Origin: an uncultured Actinomycetes bacterium
GTDB lineage: Bacteria; Actinomycetota; Actinomycetes; Nanopelagicales; Nanopelagicaceae
Length of the DNA: 64,000 nucleotides
Direction: 5' to 3'
NCBI GenBank assembly: GCA_903836945.1
Contig: CAILSO010000003.1
Location: forward strand, 3,527-67,526
Part shown: in pieces, positions 30,159 through 40,460 of the stretch
Layout of the letters: every line of letters starts with the position of its first letter
Position numbering within the stretch: the first letter of the stretch is position 1
Notes under the pieces: generated by a model
Seen by the model: the letters and a program-made list of their open reading frames with translations, nothing else
Told to the model about the DNA's origin: nothing
Database searches by the model: none
Program-made: the position numbers and the translations under genes

Positions 30159-31408
30159 TTAATACCGCGAAGGGTCATCTCATTTGCGATAACCGCACCG
30201 AGTGACTTAATGCCTTCACGAATTCGTTCTGGGCTTGGGTAGCAATAGGAAAGTCGCATCGACCAACTCCCAAAACCATCTGCGTAAAAAGCGGTACCTG
30301 GAACATATGCGACCTTAGCGACGATCGCTTTTGGCATAAGCGCCTTGGTATCAATCTCCGGAGGCAGGGTTACCCAAACATAGAAGCCGCCACCGGGTTT
30401 AGTCCAAGTAGCGCCCTTTGGAAAATGTTGGTCCAGTGATTCCAACATCGCATCACGACGGTCCTTATACAACTTGGTAAAGGATGCGATCTGATCGCGC
30501 CATGGTTGGTCAGAGAGATAACTAGAGATTGCAAGTTGTGTGAAATTTGATGGGCAGAGAATTGATGATTCGCTAGCAATAACTAACTTCTCTTTTAGCG
30601 ATTGTGGCACAAGGGCCCAACCAACTCGGAATCCTGGTGCAATCGTTTTAGAGAACGAACCCAAATAAATTACATTTTCAGAATCTTCTGCACGCATCGC
30701 ATTTGGCGATGGCTTATCAAAGCCAAGAAGTCCATATGGATTATCTTCGACCACAAAAATTTCTGCTTTGCGACAGATCTCCAAGATCTCAGTGCGGCGA
30801 TCTGGCGAAAGTAAAACACCAGCTGGATTTTGGTAATTTGGAATTAAATATAAGAACTTAATCTTTCGACCAGCAGCCCTTGTAGTTTCAATCGCTTCGC
30901 GAAGTGCTTGCGGGATTAGGCCATCGTTATCCATTGCAACGTGAACAACCTGCGCTTCGTACTGCGAGAAGGTGCCAAGCGCGCCAACATATGATGGAGC
31001 TTCAACCAAAACCACATCACCTGGATCGATAAAAATTCTGGAGATTAAATCAAGGGCTTGCTGCGAACCGGTTGTAACAATTACATCATCGGGATGGGCG
31101 CGAACACCTTCAAGTGCCATAACATCGCAGATTTGTTCGCGAAGTTTTGGATGGCCTTGACCACTGCCATATTGCAAAGCTTCCTGGCCATGTTCGGCGA
31201 CTAACTTCTGGGCTACTGATGCCATCATCTCCATTGGAAAAGCGGAGAGATTTGGCATGCCACCAGCTAATGAAACGATATCTGGGCGAGAGGCAACTGC
31301 GAAGAGCGATCTAATTTCACTTGGCTTCATCATCGCGGCGCGATGGGCAAACCTCTGGGTTAAATTCTGAGGCGCACCAGTATGAATTCGAGTTAGATCA
31401 CCGCTCAT
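30155..31408 (-). CDS. PLP-dependent aminotransferase, class I/II fold
   Basis: It carries the PLP-lysine context GSFSKTIAPGFRVGW and NPAG. The ORF track starts at TTG 31426. I prefer ATG 31406-31408, which follows GGGAAG. Substrate unknown. Confidence 0.8.
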   Translation of the reverse strand: MSGDLTRIHTGAPQNLTQRFAHRAAMMKPSEIRSLFAVASRPDIVSLAGGMPNLSAFPMEMMASVAQKLVAEHGQEALQYGSGQGHPKLREQICDVMALEGVRAHPDDVIVTTGSQQALDLISRIFIDPGDVVLVEAPSYVGALGTFSQYEAQVVHVAMDNDGLIPQALREAIETTRAAGRKIKFLYLIPNYQNPAGVLLSPDRRTEILEICRKAEIFVVEDNPYGLLGFDKPSPNAMRAEDSENVIYLGSFSKTIAPGFRVGWALVPQSLKEKLVIASESSILCPSNFTQLAISSYLSDQPWRDQIASFTKLYKDRRDAMLESLDQHFPKGATWTKPGGGFYVWVTLPPEIDTKALMPKAIVAKVAYVPGTAFYADGFGSWSMRLSYCYPSPERIREGIKSLGAVIANEMTLRGIN

Positions 31409-31449
31409 CTGAGAATCTTCCCACAAGTAAGGCGGAGTTGGTTGCGGGA

Positions 31450-32538
31450 TTAATCCTTACGAATTCCGGCGCGACGCAAGTCAGAGATTCGTAGCGTTCC
31501 GGTCTTGGCATCATTTTCCGCCGATAAATAAAGGCGTTGGATCGCAATCGCAATTGATTCAACAACGGTCTCTCTAAAAGTTAAATCGGCCAACCGCTTT
31601 TGATCCCCGGGATTTGAGAGATAGCCAAGGTCAATTCGAACTGCTGGCGCCTTGGTTAGCCGCAATAAGTCCCAAGTCTTGGAATGGGTTCGGCAATTTA
31701 GGAGATCGGTACGAGCGGTGATCTCGCGTTGCACCAGAGTGGCAAATCTTTCACCAACAACGGAATGAACTCCATGTAATTCACTTCCGTAATAATAAGT
31801 TGCAACGCCATGTGCTGACTCACTTTTGTAATTATCAGTATGTAATGAGATAAAAAGATCGGCAGCTGATTTATTTGCCAAATTAATTCGATCTAAATCA
31901 GATGGGTTATTTGCCGCGCTACGTGTTAGAAAGACCGTAACGCCAAGGGCAATCAATCGACCCTCTAAACGTTGGGCAATATCAAATGCGATTTCGCGAT
32001 CGGAGTTATCTGCACTTGGATCAATCACAACAACTTTGTTGGCAAGTGCCGGACCACGAACCGCCCGGTGCGCGCTATCGCGAAGTGCAACTGGTGAGCC
32101 ACCCGAGACGGTCTTAACTAAGCGCATAAGTGACATGATTGTTGCCGGACCGCAATTGCCATCAGTTTTCTCGCCAACGCTCTTTTGAAATTCCTTTACT
32201 GCGCCTTCGGTGCGGGGGCCATAAATTCCATCAGCTTTTCCGCAATCAAAGCCCATCTCAATTAAACGAGTCTGCAAAGTTGCGACATCATCGCCGCGCA
32301 TTAATTTCTGCGGATTTAGAAGCAGAACCCGATCACCGAGTTTCCATCTAGCTTCTTCCAAGGCAACCAGTGTGTTCTCATTTATCTCGCCAGAGATAAC
32401 AAGTCCACGTTCTTGCTGAAATGCCTTTAGGGCATCAACGGCCAGCGAATTTAGTTCGGGGGTCGGGGATGTTAAAAAGCCCAGCCGAACTAAAGTATTA
32501 ATTACCTGCGCAACAACATCGTTGCTCGCTGACATCAT
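31450..32538 (-). CDS. cwlM: CwlM-like N-acetylmuramoyl-L-alanine amidase homolog with two peptidoglycan-binding repeats
   Basis: 362 aa with two PG_binding_1-like repeats (ALKAFQQERGL..., AVKEFQKSVGE...) and a C-terminal Amidase_3 domain. Its position next to trxA-trxB-murJ is the same as mycobacterial cwlM. Confidence 0.8.
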   Translation of the reverse strand: MMSASNDVVAQVINTLVRLGFLTSPTPELNSLAVDALKAFQQERGLVISGEINENTLVALEEARWKLGDRVLLLNPQKLMRGDDVATLQTRLIEMGFDCGKADGIYGPRTEGAVKEFQKSVGEKTDGNCGPATIMSLMRLVKTVSGGSPVALRDSAHRAVRGPALANKVVVIDPSADNSDREIAFDIAQRLEGRLIALGVTVFLTRSAANNPSDLDRINLANKSAADLFISLHTDNYKSESAHGVATYYYGSELHGVHSVVGERFATLVQREITARTDLLNCRTHSKTWDLLRLTKAPAVRIDLGYLSNPGDQKRLADLTFRETVVESIAIAIQRLYLSAENDAKTGTLRISDLRRAGIRKD

Positions 32539-32559
32539 TTCGAAGTCAATTAATTTTAT

Positions 32560-32883
32560 TTATAGGTAAGCAGCGAGTTCTTTAAGAAGTGCTGGTTTTG
32601 GCTTTGCACCAATTACCGTCTTAACAACTTCACCATTTACATAAACATTTAGAGTTGGAATAGAAGTAATTCCATACTTAATGGCAATCGCTGATTCTTC
32701 ATCGGTGTTTAGCTTTACAACTTTGATCTTTCCGGCATATTCATCGGCGATCTGATCAAGGATTGGACCAACCGCGCGGCATGGGCCACACCATTCAGCC
32801 CAGAAATCAACTAACACTGGAGTGCTGCTCTTTAGAACAACTTCATCAAAAGTTGCGGTTGTAACTGGTTGTGCTGCGCTCAT
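32560..32883 (-). CDS. trxA: Thioredoxin
   Basis: 107 aa with the WCGPC active site. Confidence 0.96.
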   Translation of the reverse strand: MSAAQPVTTATFDEVVLKSSTPVLVDFWAEWCGPCRAVGPILDQIADEYAGKIKVVKLNTDEESAIAIKYGITSIPTLNVYVNGEVVKTVIGAKPKPALLKELAAYL

Positions 32884-32933
32884 TTTTTCCTCTTTCTCTT
32901 CTCTTTTTAATTCTTTAATAATCTCTTATAAGT

Positions 32934-33869
32934 CTAGTGCCCGGCTAGAAAACGTTCAGCATCTAGCGCTGCCTGACAGCCGCTTCCGGCAGCAGTGATT
33001 GCTTGACGATAAGTGTGATCAACCAAGTCACCGCAGGCAAAGACACCGCTCTGATTTGTTCGAGTCGAACGACCTTCAACCTTCACATAACCTTCGCCAT
33101 CTAAATCGATCTGACCAACAAGTAGTTCGCTTCGAGGTAGATGTCCAATCGCAACGAATAGTCCATCGAAAGCCTTTTCACTCTCTTCATTAGTCACAGT
33201 ATTGCGAAGCTTTAATCCTTCAACTTTATCTGCACCAAGGACATCAATAACTTCGGTATTCCAAATAAATTCAATCTTTGGATTTGCCTTAGCGCGATCG
33301 ACCATAATCTTGGAGGCGCGAAGGGAATCACGACGGTGAATTACATAAACCTTTGTAGCAAAGCGAGTTAAGAAGTTGGCCTCTTCCATCGCAGAATCGC
33401 CACCACCAACTACTGCTAAAACTTTCTCTCTAAAGAAGAAGCCATCGCAGGTAGCACACCAAGAAACGCCATGACCAGATAAGCGCTTCTCGTTTACTAA
33501 CCCAATCTCTTTATAGGCAGATCCTGTTGCAAGAATTACTGATTTGGCGCGGAGTTTATTTCCAGAGCCATCTTCTAACTCTTTAATCTCGCCATCTAAT
33601 TTCATCGAAACAATGTCATCGGTAATTAATTTTGTACCAAAGCGTTCGGCTTGCTTTCGAAGTGATTCCATTAAATCTGGACCCATCACGCCAGTTGGGA
33701 AACCAGGGAAATTTTCTACTTCGGTGGTATTCATCAATGCGCCACCAGCGGTTACTGAGCCTTCATAAAGAATAGGTGCAAGCTCTGCACGTGCGGCATA
33801 AATAGCTGCGGTGTAACCAGCAGGGCCAGAACCGACAATTACCAACTCGTGGATTTCTTGCGAACTCAT
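32934..33869 (-). CDS. trxB: Thioredoxin-disulfide reductase
   Basis: 311 aa with the FAD motif GSGPAG, the redox CATCDG and the NADPH motif GGGDSAMEEA. Confidence 0.96.
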   Translation of the reverse strand: MSSQEIHELVIVGSGPAGYTAAIYAARAELAPILYEGSVTAGGALMNTTEVENFPGFPTGVMGPDLMESLRKQAERFGTKLITDDIVSMKLDGEIKELEDGSGNKLRAKSVILATGSAYKEIGLVNEKRLSGHGVSWCATCDGFFFREKVLAVVGGGDSAMEEANFLTRFATKVYVIHRRDSLRASKIMVDRAKANPKIEFIWNTEVIDVLGADKVEGLKLRNTVTNEESEKAFDGLFVAIGHLPRSELLVGQIDLDGEGYVKVEGRSTRTNQSGVFACGDLVDHTYRQAITAAGSGCQAALDAERFLAGH

Positions 33870-35476
33870 TTAACATTCCTTCGTTTCAATTTGTTAATCG
33901 GCAAAATCTCTAAAATATTGGTAATTTCTTCGACACCGGAAAACTTGGCAACAATTAAGTAACCAATCCCACCAATGGCTAGAACCAGAACCAAGCGCAG
34001 AGTATTCCCACCAGGAAGGTGGTTTTCTAGCAGCCACAACGGTATCGCTGGAATTAATGAAAGCACCGCTAACTTGCTATAAAAACCAAGAACTTCACCT
34101 AAGTGAACTCTGATAGAGAAGCGGCGAAGAAGTCGCACTGTGAGAATAGAACCGACGTAGTAGCTAATCGATAGCGCCCCAGCAAGGCCAACCGTCACCC
34201 ACTTCGCAGGCAGAGCAAGTGCGAAAGCGATTGATGCCAAAGCCCCAACTAGGTTCATGAGCGCATTACTGACTACCTGAAGCTTTACATTTTCAAAGGC
34301 ATTAAGGCCGCGAAGGGCGATCAAATTAAGGCTCATTGGAACTAGACCTAGGGCAAAGGCGCAGAGTACGTAACCTAGATAATCACCATCACTCTTTGAG
34401 ATACCAAAGAAGAGCGTCTTAGTGATTAAGGGTCCAAAGAAGAGAAAGAAGATGGAGCTTGGAACAGTGATTGCGCCAACTAATCTCATCGCCTTTACTA
34501 ATTGATCATGTACATCCAAGTATCGTTTCTCGTGAACAAATTTTGAGAGCGCCGGAAGTAAAGCGGTAACAACCGAGATGGTGATAATTGAATGTGGCAA
34601 CATGAAGATCAAGAGCGCATTGTTATACGGAGTAAAACCAACACCAGTTTCGATTCCAGCCTTTAACGCCTTAACTGCGGCGCCCGTTGAAAGATTAACT
34701 GTTATCAAATAACTAACTTGCGAGATAGCAGCGAATAGCACCGTCCAACTAGCTAGGTGAAGAGATTTCTTAAGTTCGGGGTCGCGCCAATCAAAGCTCG
34801 GGCGAATCTTTATCTGGGTCTTGGCAAGTACCGGAATCAAGATAAGTGCTTGTGCAACATATCCAAGCGTCGTGCCAATGCCTAGCAATGCAATTTCACT
34901 TGCAGGAATTGTGCTTACGGTTGGTTTGGTGGCCATATGGAAATACCAACCAAAGACCACAATCGCAATTAGGTTATTTAATACCGGGGCCCACATCATT
35001 GGCCCAAATTTATTTTTAGCATTAGCAATCTGACTAAAGAGTGCGAAGAGTCCCATAAAAAATATTTGGGGCAGGCAGTAACGCATAAATAAAGTGGTTA
35101 CATGAAATTCTGGGCGGCCGATGTAACTAGTCGCAAAGAGTCGTACCAATATCGGAGCAATCAAAACCGCGATTAATACTAGTGATCCTAAAAATACACA
35201 GGTGGCAGTAATGAGCTTTGAGATGAAGGCCGAACCACCATCTGGAGAATTAGTGGCTCGAACAATTTGTGGAACAAATACTGCTGTTAGCGCTCCGCCA
35301 ATTAGTAAGTTATACAAGATATTTGGCATGGTGTTTGCGACATTGAAGGTATCGCCAAGCAATGTGGTGCCGAGTACTGCCACTAATAAAAGACCGCGGA
35401 TTAATCCGGTAACTCTGGAAACAATTGTTCCGATCGCCATAACCGTTGAAGATTTAAGCAAGTGATTGGTATTCAT
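33866..35476 (-). CDS. murJ: Lipid II flippase MurJ (MOP superfamily), core only
   Basis: 536 aa polytopic protein with the MurJ-type N-terminus (MAIGTIVSRVTGLIRGLLL). There is no C-terminal extension beyond the transporter core. Confidence 0.88.
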   Translation of the reverse strand: MNTNHLLKSSTVMAIGTIVSRVTGLIRGLLLVAVLGTTLLGDTFNVANTMPNILYNLLIGGALTAVFVPQIVRATNSPDGGSAFISKLITATCVFLGSLVLIAVLIAPILVRLFATSYIGRPEFHVTTLFMRYCLPQIFFMGLFALFSQIANAKNKFGPMMWAPVLNNLIAIVVFGWYFHMATKPTVSTIPASEIALLGIGTTLGYVAQALILIPVLAKTQIKIRPSFDWRDPELKKSLHLASWTVLFAAISQVSYLITVNLSTGAAVKALKAGIETGVGFTPYNNALLIFMLPHSIITISVVTALLPALSKFVHEKRYLDVHDQLVKAMRLVGAITVPSSIFFLFFGPLITKTLFFGISKSDGDYLGYVLCAFALGLVPMSLNLIALRGLNAFENVKLQVVSNALMNLVGALASIAFALALPAKWVTVGLAGALSISYYVGSILTVRLLRRFSIRVHLGEVLGFYSKLAVLSLIPAIPLWLLENHLPGGNTLRLVLVLAIGGIGYLIVAKFSGVEEITNILEILPINKLKRRNVK

Positions 35477-36576
35477 TTATTTCTTTTTCTAATCCGACGC
35501 AGGCTTTGGACAACTGCCGAGAAGAATAAAATTATTGCAGCGCCGGTGGTAATCCAGGTAGCGATTGGATTGATTACGCGAAGCGTGAGTGGGTAAATCA
35601 CTTCATCGCCGAAATAGTTCGAGTTTCCCGAATAAACACTCACCGAAAGGGAGCTACTGCCCGAGGTTAAAACTTGGACTGGAATTAGTACTTGTGCCTT
35701 GGAATTACCAGCAAGGTCAACAGGAGGAATTTGGCCAACCAAAACTTTTCCGTTTAAGGCGGTGATCTTTAAATTAACTCGGGCCTTTCCTGGAAAATCA
35801 TTGATCACAGTTATTGGCAAGTTTTGCTTAGTTGATGAAATTGTAAAGCGGCCCGGAGCCAATCGGATCTGGTGCATTAGTGAGTTAGCAAAGGTCTCTA
35901 AATCATTCTCTAAAACAACGCGATTGACCTTGCTCAAATTGGCATTGAAAAGCTCTGCAATTCGAGAATTATTATTATCTAAAACTTTCGGATCTAAGTA
36001 ACTAGCTGATGCTGCAATTGCGCTTTGGGCATCTTTAAATGCTTGGATACTTGAGGAAGTTAGGTGAAAGTATGAAGTGTCGAAATAGTCGGTCATAACT
36101 AGCGCCGGACGTTTAAAGAATTTACTCAAACGATCAACACCAACTGTTAAAAAATAACTGACATTGTGTGGTGAAAGGGTATGAACCCAATAGCGCGATG
36201 GATTTCCGTAAGGAAGTGCGTAAATGCTCTGTCCCTTAGTTACATTGCGAAGTTGGGCCAACCACAATTGCGCCTCCATTTTGCCAACGCCATCCTTGCC
36301 GGTAACTAATTTATAACCATCGGCCATCGCTGAAATATCATCAACTAATTGTGCATCTATATACCAAGCGCGGTATCCCCTTGGTGGGGCATAAACCAAT
36401 TGGCCTAGTCGGCCGTTGTAACTTATTAAATCAGAGAGCGAATCATCGATAAATTTTCCATCTAGCTGTCGGTGAGATGGTTCGGTGATTATTACAAGAT
36501 TTGGTTCGGAAGCGTTTGCTGGAGTGACTAGTAATAGCGAGAAAAAAATTGTTATTAGCGCAATTAATTTCTTCAC
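35473..36576 (-). CDS. Secreted, C-terminally anchored conserved actinobacterial protein of unknown function
   Basis: 367 aa with an N-terminal signal peptide (MKKLIALITIFFSLLLVTPANA) and a C-terminal TM helix plus a basic tail. It occupies the slot downstream of murJ that Rv3909-like proteins hold in Mycobacterium, as I recall. Confidence 0.55.
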   Translation of the reverse strand: MKKLIALITIFFSLLLVTPANASEPNLVIITEPSHRQLDGKFIDDSLSDLISYNGRLGQLVYAPPRGYRAWYIDAQLVDDISAMADGYKLVTGKDGVGKMEAQLWLAQLRNVTKGQSIYALPYGNPSRYWVHTLSPHNVSYFLTVGVDRLSKFFKRPALVMTDYFDTSYFHLTSSSIQAFKDAQSAIAASASYLDPKVLDNNNSRIAELFNANLSKVNRVVLENDLETFANSLMHQIRLAPGRFTISSTKQNLPITVINDFPGKARVNLKITALNGKVLVGQIPPVDLAGNSKAQVLIPVQVLTSGSSSLSVSVYSGNSNYFGDEVIYPLTLRVINPIATWITTGAAIILFFSAVVQSLRRIRKRNK

Positions 36577-37175
36577 AGAGTTAACTCACCAGACTTGGCA
36601 ATTAATTTCTTCTCATCTGGGTAAGCAAGTAAGGAAACGATCTCTTCTAGTGGAAACCAACCAACATCATCGACTTCTGTAATTTGTGGCGCGAGGTGGC
36701 CACCGGTCTCTGTAAAGAAGAAATGGTGAACTGTTTTATGGATTCGCTTGCCGCCGGCCATAAACCAAAAATCAATTACGCCAAGTTCACGGGCGATTTC
36801 ACTTTCGATGCCAGTCTCTTCAGCAACTTCGCGAATCGCGGCTTGTTCTGGAGTCTCCCCGGCTTCAATGTGGCCCTTGGGAAGTGACCAAAGTAGGCGT
36901 TCGCGCTTTTGATCCTTTAGATCACGTCGCCCAATCAATAAACCCTTGGTTCCAGTTGAATCAATTACTAATCCACCAGCGCTAACTTCATCTACCCGCT
37001 TTGCATAAACGCGTTTTGGTTTTTGCGCAGCGTTCTTGGGCGATGTGGATTTCTCAGCTGGCGATTGATTATTTGCAGCAGAATTATTTGAATTAAGTGC
37101 GGCCGGGCCTTTCGGACGACGTCTACGACGCTTTTTCCGTTTAGCTTCGCCACCCGCACTAGGCGCCGTGGTCAT
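36573..37175 (-). CDS. NUDIX hydrolase with Lys/Arg-rich N-terminal tail (MutT4-like position)
   Basis: It carries the Nudix box GHIEAGETPEQAAIREVAEETGI. The ORF track extends to 37259, but that extension overlaps the divergent cca start by 52 nt. I prefer ATG 37173-37175 (MTTAPSAGG). Confidence 0.8.
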   Translation of the reverse strand: MTTAPSAGGEAKRKKRRRRRPKGPAALNSNNSAANNQSPAEKSTSPKNAAQKPKRVYAKRVDEVSAGGLVIDSTGTKGLLIGRRDLKDQKRERLLWSLPKGHIEAGETPEQAAIREVAEETGIESEIARELGVIDFWFMAGGKRIHKTVHHFFFTETGGHLAPQITEVDDVGWFPLEEIVSLLAYPDEKKLIAKSGELTL

Positions 37176-37207
37176 AAGCCAAGGGTACTGCTCTAACCTT
37201 ATGTATT

Positions 37208-38650
37208 GTGAAAGACCCACTTTCGATTGCCTCCGAGTTAGCAATCTCAACGCTAACAACCAGGGCCCCTATAGCAACCGAATTGGCGGCCAAGTTTTCG
37301 GCGGCTGGATTTAAGTTGGCCTTAGTAGGTGGCCCGGTACGCGATGCAATTCTTGGTCGACTTGGCAACGATTTAGATTTCACAACGGATGCCCGGCCTG
37401 ATGCAACTAAAAAAATATTAGAGAAGTGGGCCGATGCCATTTGGGAGACCGGTCGAGAATTCGGAACAATTGCTGGAAAGCGCGGCGATGTAACAGTTGA
37501 AATTACGACTTATCGTTCTGAAAATTACGATCCAGAAAGTCGTAAACCAGAAGTTGCCTTTGGTGATTCGATAGCGGGAGATTTATTACGTCGCGATTTC
37601 ACAGTAAATGCCATGGCTTTAGAGTTAACAACCACGCCCCCTACCTTTATTGATTTATTTGATGGTGTTGGGGATTTAGCAAAGCAGATAATTAGAACAC
37701 CTGGAAAGCCAGAAGATTCTTTCTCGGATGATCCACTGCGCATGATGCGCGCCGCAAGGTTTATTTCACAATTAAATTTTTCAGTTGATCCGGCGGTTGC
37801 AACGGCAATTACAAATATGGCCGAGCGAATTAAAATTATTTCAGCCGAGCGCATTCGCGATGAATTAACCAAGACTCTAATGTCGCAAAATCCACGCCTT
37901 GGTCTAACGCTATTGGTTGAGACTGGCTTAGCTAATTTCATCTTGCCAGAACTTCCAAAGTTAAAGTTAGAGATCGATGAACATCATCATCACAAAGATG
38001 TTTACGAACACACCTTAAAAGTTTTAGAACAAGCAATCGCATTAGAAGATCGCTTAGGTGGACCTAATTTAGTAATACGTCTTGCCGCTTTAATGCACGA
38101 TATTGGTAAACCAAAGACCCGTGAATTAATTCCTGGCGGCGGCGTCTCCTTTCACCACCATGAAGTAGTCGGTGCTCGAATGACCAAGGAGCGGTTAAAG
38201 GCTCTGCGTTTTAGCAATGAAGAGATTGAAGATGTCTCAAAACTGGTCTTCTTGCATCTGCGCTTTCATGGTTATGGCACAGGTGAATGGACCGATTCTG
38301 CGGTACGGCGATATATCCGAGATGCCGAAAATTTATTAGTACATCTTCATGTTCTAACTAGAGCCGATTGCACAACTAGGAATCAGCGCAAGGCTGAGTT
38401 GCTTGCCAAAACTTACGATTCACTTGAAGAGCGAATTACAAAGTTAATGGAAGAGGAAGAACTTGAAAAAATTAGACCGGATCTAGATGGCCGGCAAATT
38501 ATGGAAATTCTTAATCTTCGCCCATCGCCTTTAGTCGGAGCGGCCTACCAATATCTCCTTGATTTACGTATGGAACAAGGGCCACTTGGTGCGGAAAAGG
38601 CAAAAGAGGAATTACTTAATTGGTGGCGTGTGAATGCGCCGAAAAATTAG
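37208..38650 (+). CDS. cca: CCA tRNA nucleotidyltransferase / poly(A) polymerase family with HD domain
   Basis: 480 aa with a GTG start. It has the Pol-beta NTase motif VGGPVRDAILGR...DLDF, RRDFT and the HD region HHKDVYEHT...MHDIGK. Confidence 0.9.
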   Translation: MKDPLSIASELAISTLTTRAPIATELAAKFSAAGFKLALVGGPVRDAILGRLGNDLDFTTDARPDATKKILEKWADAIWETGREFGTIAGKRGDVTVEITTYRSENYDPESRKPEVAFGDSIAGDLLRRDFTVNAMALELTTTPPTFIDLFDGVGDLAKQIIRTPGKPEDSFSDDPLRMMRAARFISQLNFSVDPAVATAITNMAERIKIISAERIRDELTKTLMSQNPRLGLTLLVETGLANFILPELPKLKLEIDEHHHHKDVYEHTLKVLEQAIALEDRLGGPNLVIRLAALMHDIGKPKTRELIPGGGVSFHHHEVVGARMTKERLKALRFSNEEIEDVSKLVFLHLRFHGYGTGEWTDSAVRRYIRDAENLLVHLHVLTRADCTTRNQRKAELLAKTYDSLEERITKLMEEEELEKIRPDLDGRQIMEILNLRPSPLVGAAYQYLLDLRMEQGPLGAEKAKEELLNWWRVNAPKN

Positions 38651-39905
38651 CTTTCTTTAAGAGCAGCGCACTTGTGATTAGATAAATAGCAGCGATTAAA
38701 AACTCTAATAATTTGGAGATGCCACTTTTTGGCAAAATGAGAGCGGCAAGTACTGCTCCCCCGACAATTGCACCGTTTACCGCAACATCGTAAAAGGCAA
38801 AGATTCGGCCACGATATTCATCTTTAATCTTGGTTTGCACCAGCGCATCATTTGTAACTTTTACGCTTTGACCAAACATTCCAACAAAGAATGCGGTAGT
38901 AATTAACATCGCCTCATTTGGATAAAAGGCAAAGATTATTAAGAATGGAATCGGTGCGATTAATGAGAATTTAATCCATTTATGCCTGCCATATTTAATG
39001 ACACCAAGAGGGCTTATAAAGGAGCCAAGTCCAATGCCCACACCCGCGATCGCTAAGGCAAAGGCAAAACCACGAAGCCCCGCATCAGGATTATTTGGAG
39101 GGTTGTAAGTATTTCGCTCAAGTAAGAGGCCAACCAAGGTGAGGGAGGTCAGGCCGCCTCGTTGAATCGCCGTAGCAAAAATTCCACGTAGTGCATCGCC
39201 ATGACCTTTAAGAATGGTGAAACCTTCCAACATCTCTTTCCAACCCTTAATCTCAGTTGAAACTTCATGATGCTGCGGGCCAATCTGCATCCGAGTTAAT
39301 CTATTTGTTAAGAAGCTGGCTAATAGATAGCTGGCACTTGCCAAGAAAACCAGCGTTGCATCAGATGTATCACCGCCAAATGTATGATCCAAAATATTTT
39401 TAAATCCAATTCCAACACCGCCACCTATAACTACAAAGATGGTGCCACCGGTTACCGCTAATGCATTTGCCGTTATCAACTCATCGCGTTCGACAATAAG
39501 AGGTAAGCCAGCCGAAAGCCCAGCAAGAATTAAACGATTTATTCCAAAGGCAACCAAGACAAATAGCGTTAAGACTATTCCGGTTGAATGCGCTTTAAGA
39601 AGTATGGCAATAATTATTAAATCAACGGCACGAAAAATATTTGCAATAGCAACAATATTTCTACGACTAAAGCGATCTAAGAAGATCCCGGCGTATGGAC
39701 CGATAAGTGAATAAGGAAGCAGGACAACGCTAAAAGCTAACGCGGCACTTACTGCACTGGGTTGACGTTCTGGGGAAAATAAAACAAATGAGGCGAGCGC
39801 CGATTGAAATAAGCCATCGGTAAATTGCCCAAGCCAGCGAATCTGTAGCAATTTGGCGAAGGGACTTTTTCGATGTACCGGCCAAGCAGGGATGCGCATA
39901 GCCAA
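38616..39905 (-). CDS. MFS transporter
   Basis: 429 aa with about 12 hydrophobic helices and the MFS loop motif GIFLDRFSRRN. Confidence 0.8.
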   Translation of the reverse strand: MAMRIPAWPVHRKSPFAKLLQIRWLGQFTDGLFQSALASFVLFSPERQPSAVSAALAFSVVLLPYSLIGPYAGIFLDRFSRRNIVAIANIFRAVDLIIIAILLKAHSTGIVLTLFVLVAFGINRLILAGLSAGLPLIVERDELITANALAVTGGTIFVVIGGGVGIGFKNILDHTFGGDTSDATLVFLASASYLLASFLTNRLTRMQIGPQHHEVSTEIKGWKEMLEGFTILKGHGDALRGIFATAIQRGGLTSLTLVGLLLERNTYNPPNNPDAGLRGFAFALAIAGVGIGLGSFISPLGVIKYGRHKWIKFSLIAPIPFLIIFAFYPNEAMLITTAFFVGMFGQSVKVTNDALVQTKIKDEYRGRIFAFYDVAVNGAIVGGAVLAALILPKSGISKLLEFLIAAIYLITSALLLKKANFSAHSHATN

Positions 39906-39940
39906 AGCGTAATGAGTTACTTAGGTTTATCCTTCTCTAT

Positions 39941-40444
39941 GTGTCTGTTGCTAAAAACGGGATGTGGTCTAAGCGCGATGAGATTGATTATTCACTCGAT
40001 CGCCGTAACACCCTGCAAGCACTCTTTCGGGGAAGTGCATCTGCGATGGATGCCTGCGATGCCGATCCATATTTAAAGCGCGCCGCTAAACATCATGGCG
40101 ATGCCACCACTCGCCCCTGCCCAATCTGCCGACGGGGTGAGATCCGCGAACTTCGTTACGTCTTTGGCGATCAACTTGGCCAATACTCCGGACGAATTAA
40201 GTCAGTCAAAGAATTGACCGAGATGCAGAGTGAATATGGCGAGTTCCGGGTTTACACGGTGGAGGTCTGCCTAGATTGCGATTGGAATCATTTAATTTAC
40301 TCATATCTATTAGGTGATGGCCGCACCCGCAAGCCACCCCGTAAGGCACACACGCTGGAAGATGATGACTTTAAGCCTGATCGCAAAGTAAAGAGCTGGC
40401 ACGTTCACGAACAAGTGCTTCGTGAGCAAGGGCGCAGCCGGTAA
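39941..40444 (+). CDS. Zinc-ribbon protein of the DUF5318 type (conserved upstream of ponA)
   Basis: 167 aa with a CPICRRG...CLDC four-Cys pattern. Its position immediately upstream of the class A PBP matches Rv0049/ponA1 in Mycobacterium, as I recall. The start (GTG 39941 or ATG 39962) is uncertain. Confidence 0.6.
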   Translation: MSVAKNGMWSKRDEIDYSLDRRNTLQALFRGSASAMDACDADPYLKRAAKHHGDATTRPCPICRRGEIRELRYVFGDQLGQYSGRIKSVKELTEMQSEYGEFRVYTVEVCLDCDWNHLIYSYLLGDGRTRKPPRKAHTLEDDDFKPDRKVKSWHVHEQVLREQGRSR

Positions 40445-40460
40445 CAGGTAGCCTTAACTT

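Noticed and set aside
37176-37259. Upstream extension of the NUDIX ORF (MLALRLLTRRQSKVGLSQYIRLEQYPWL)
   Set aside because: It overlaps the divergent cca start by 52 nt and has no conserved features. The internal ATG at 37175 gives a sensible divergent arrangement.
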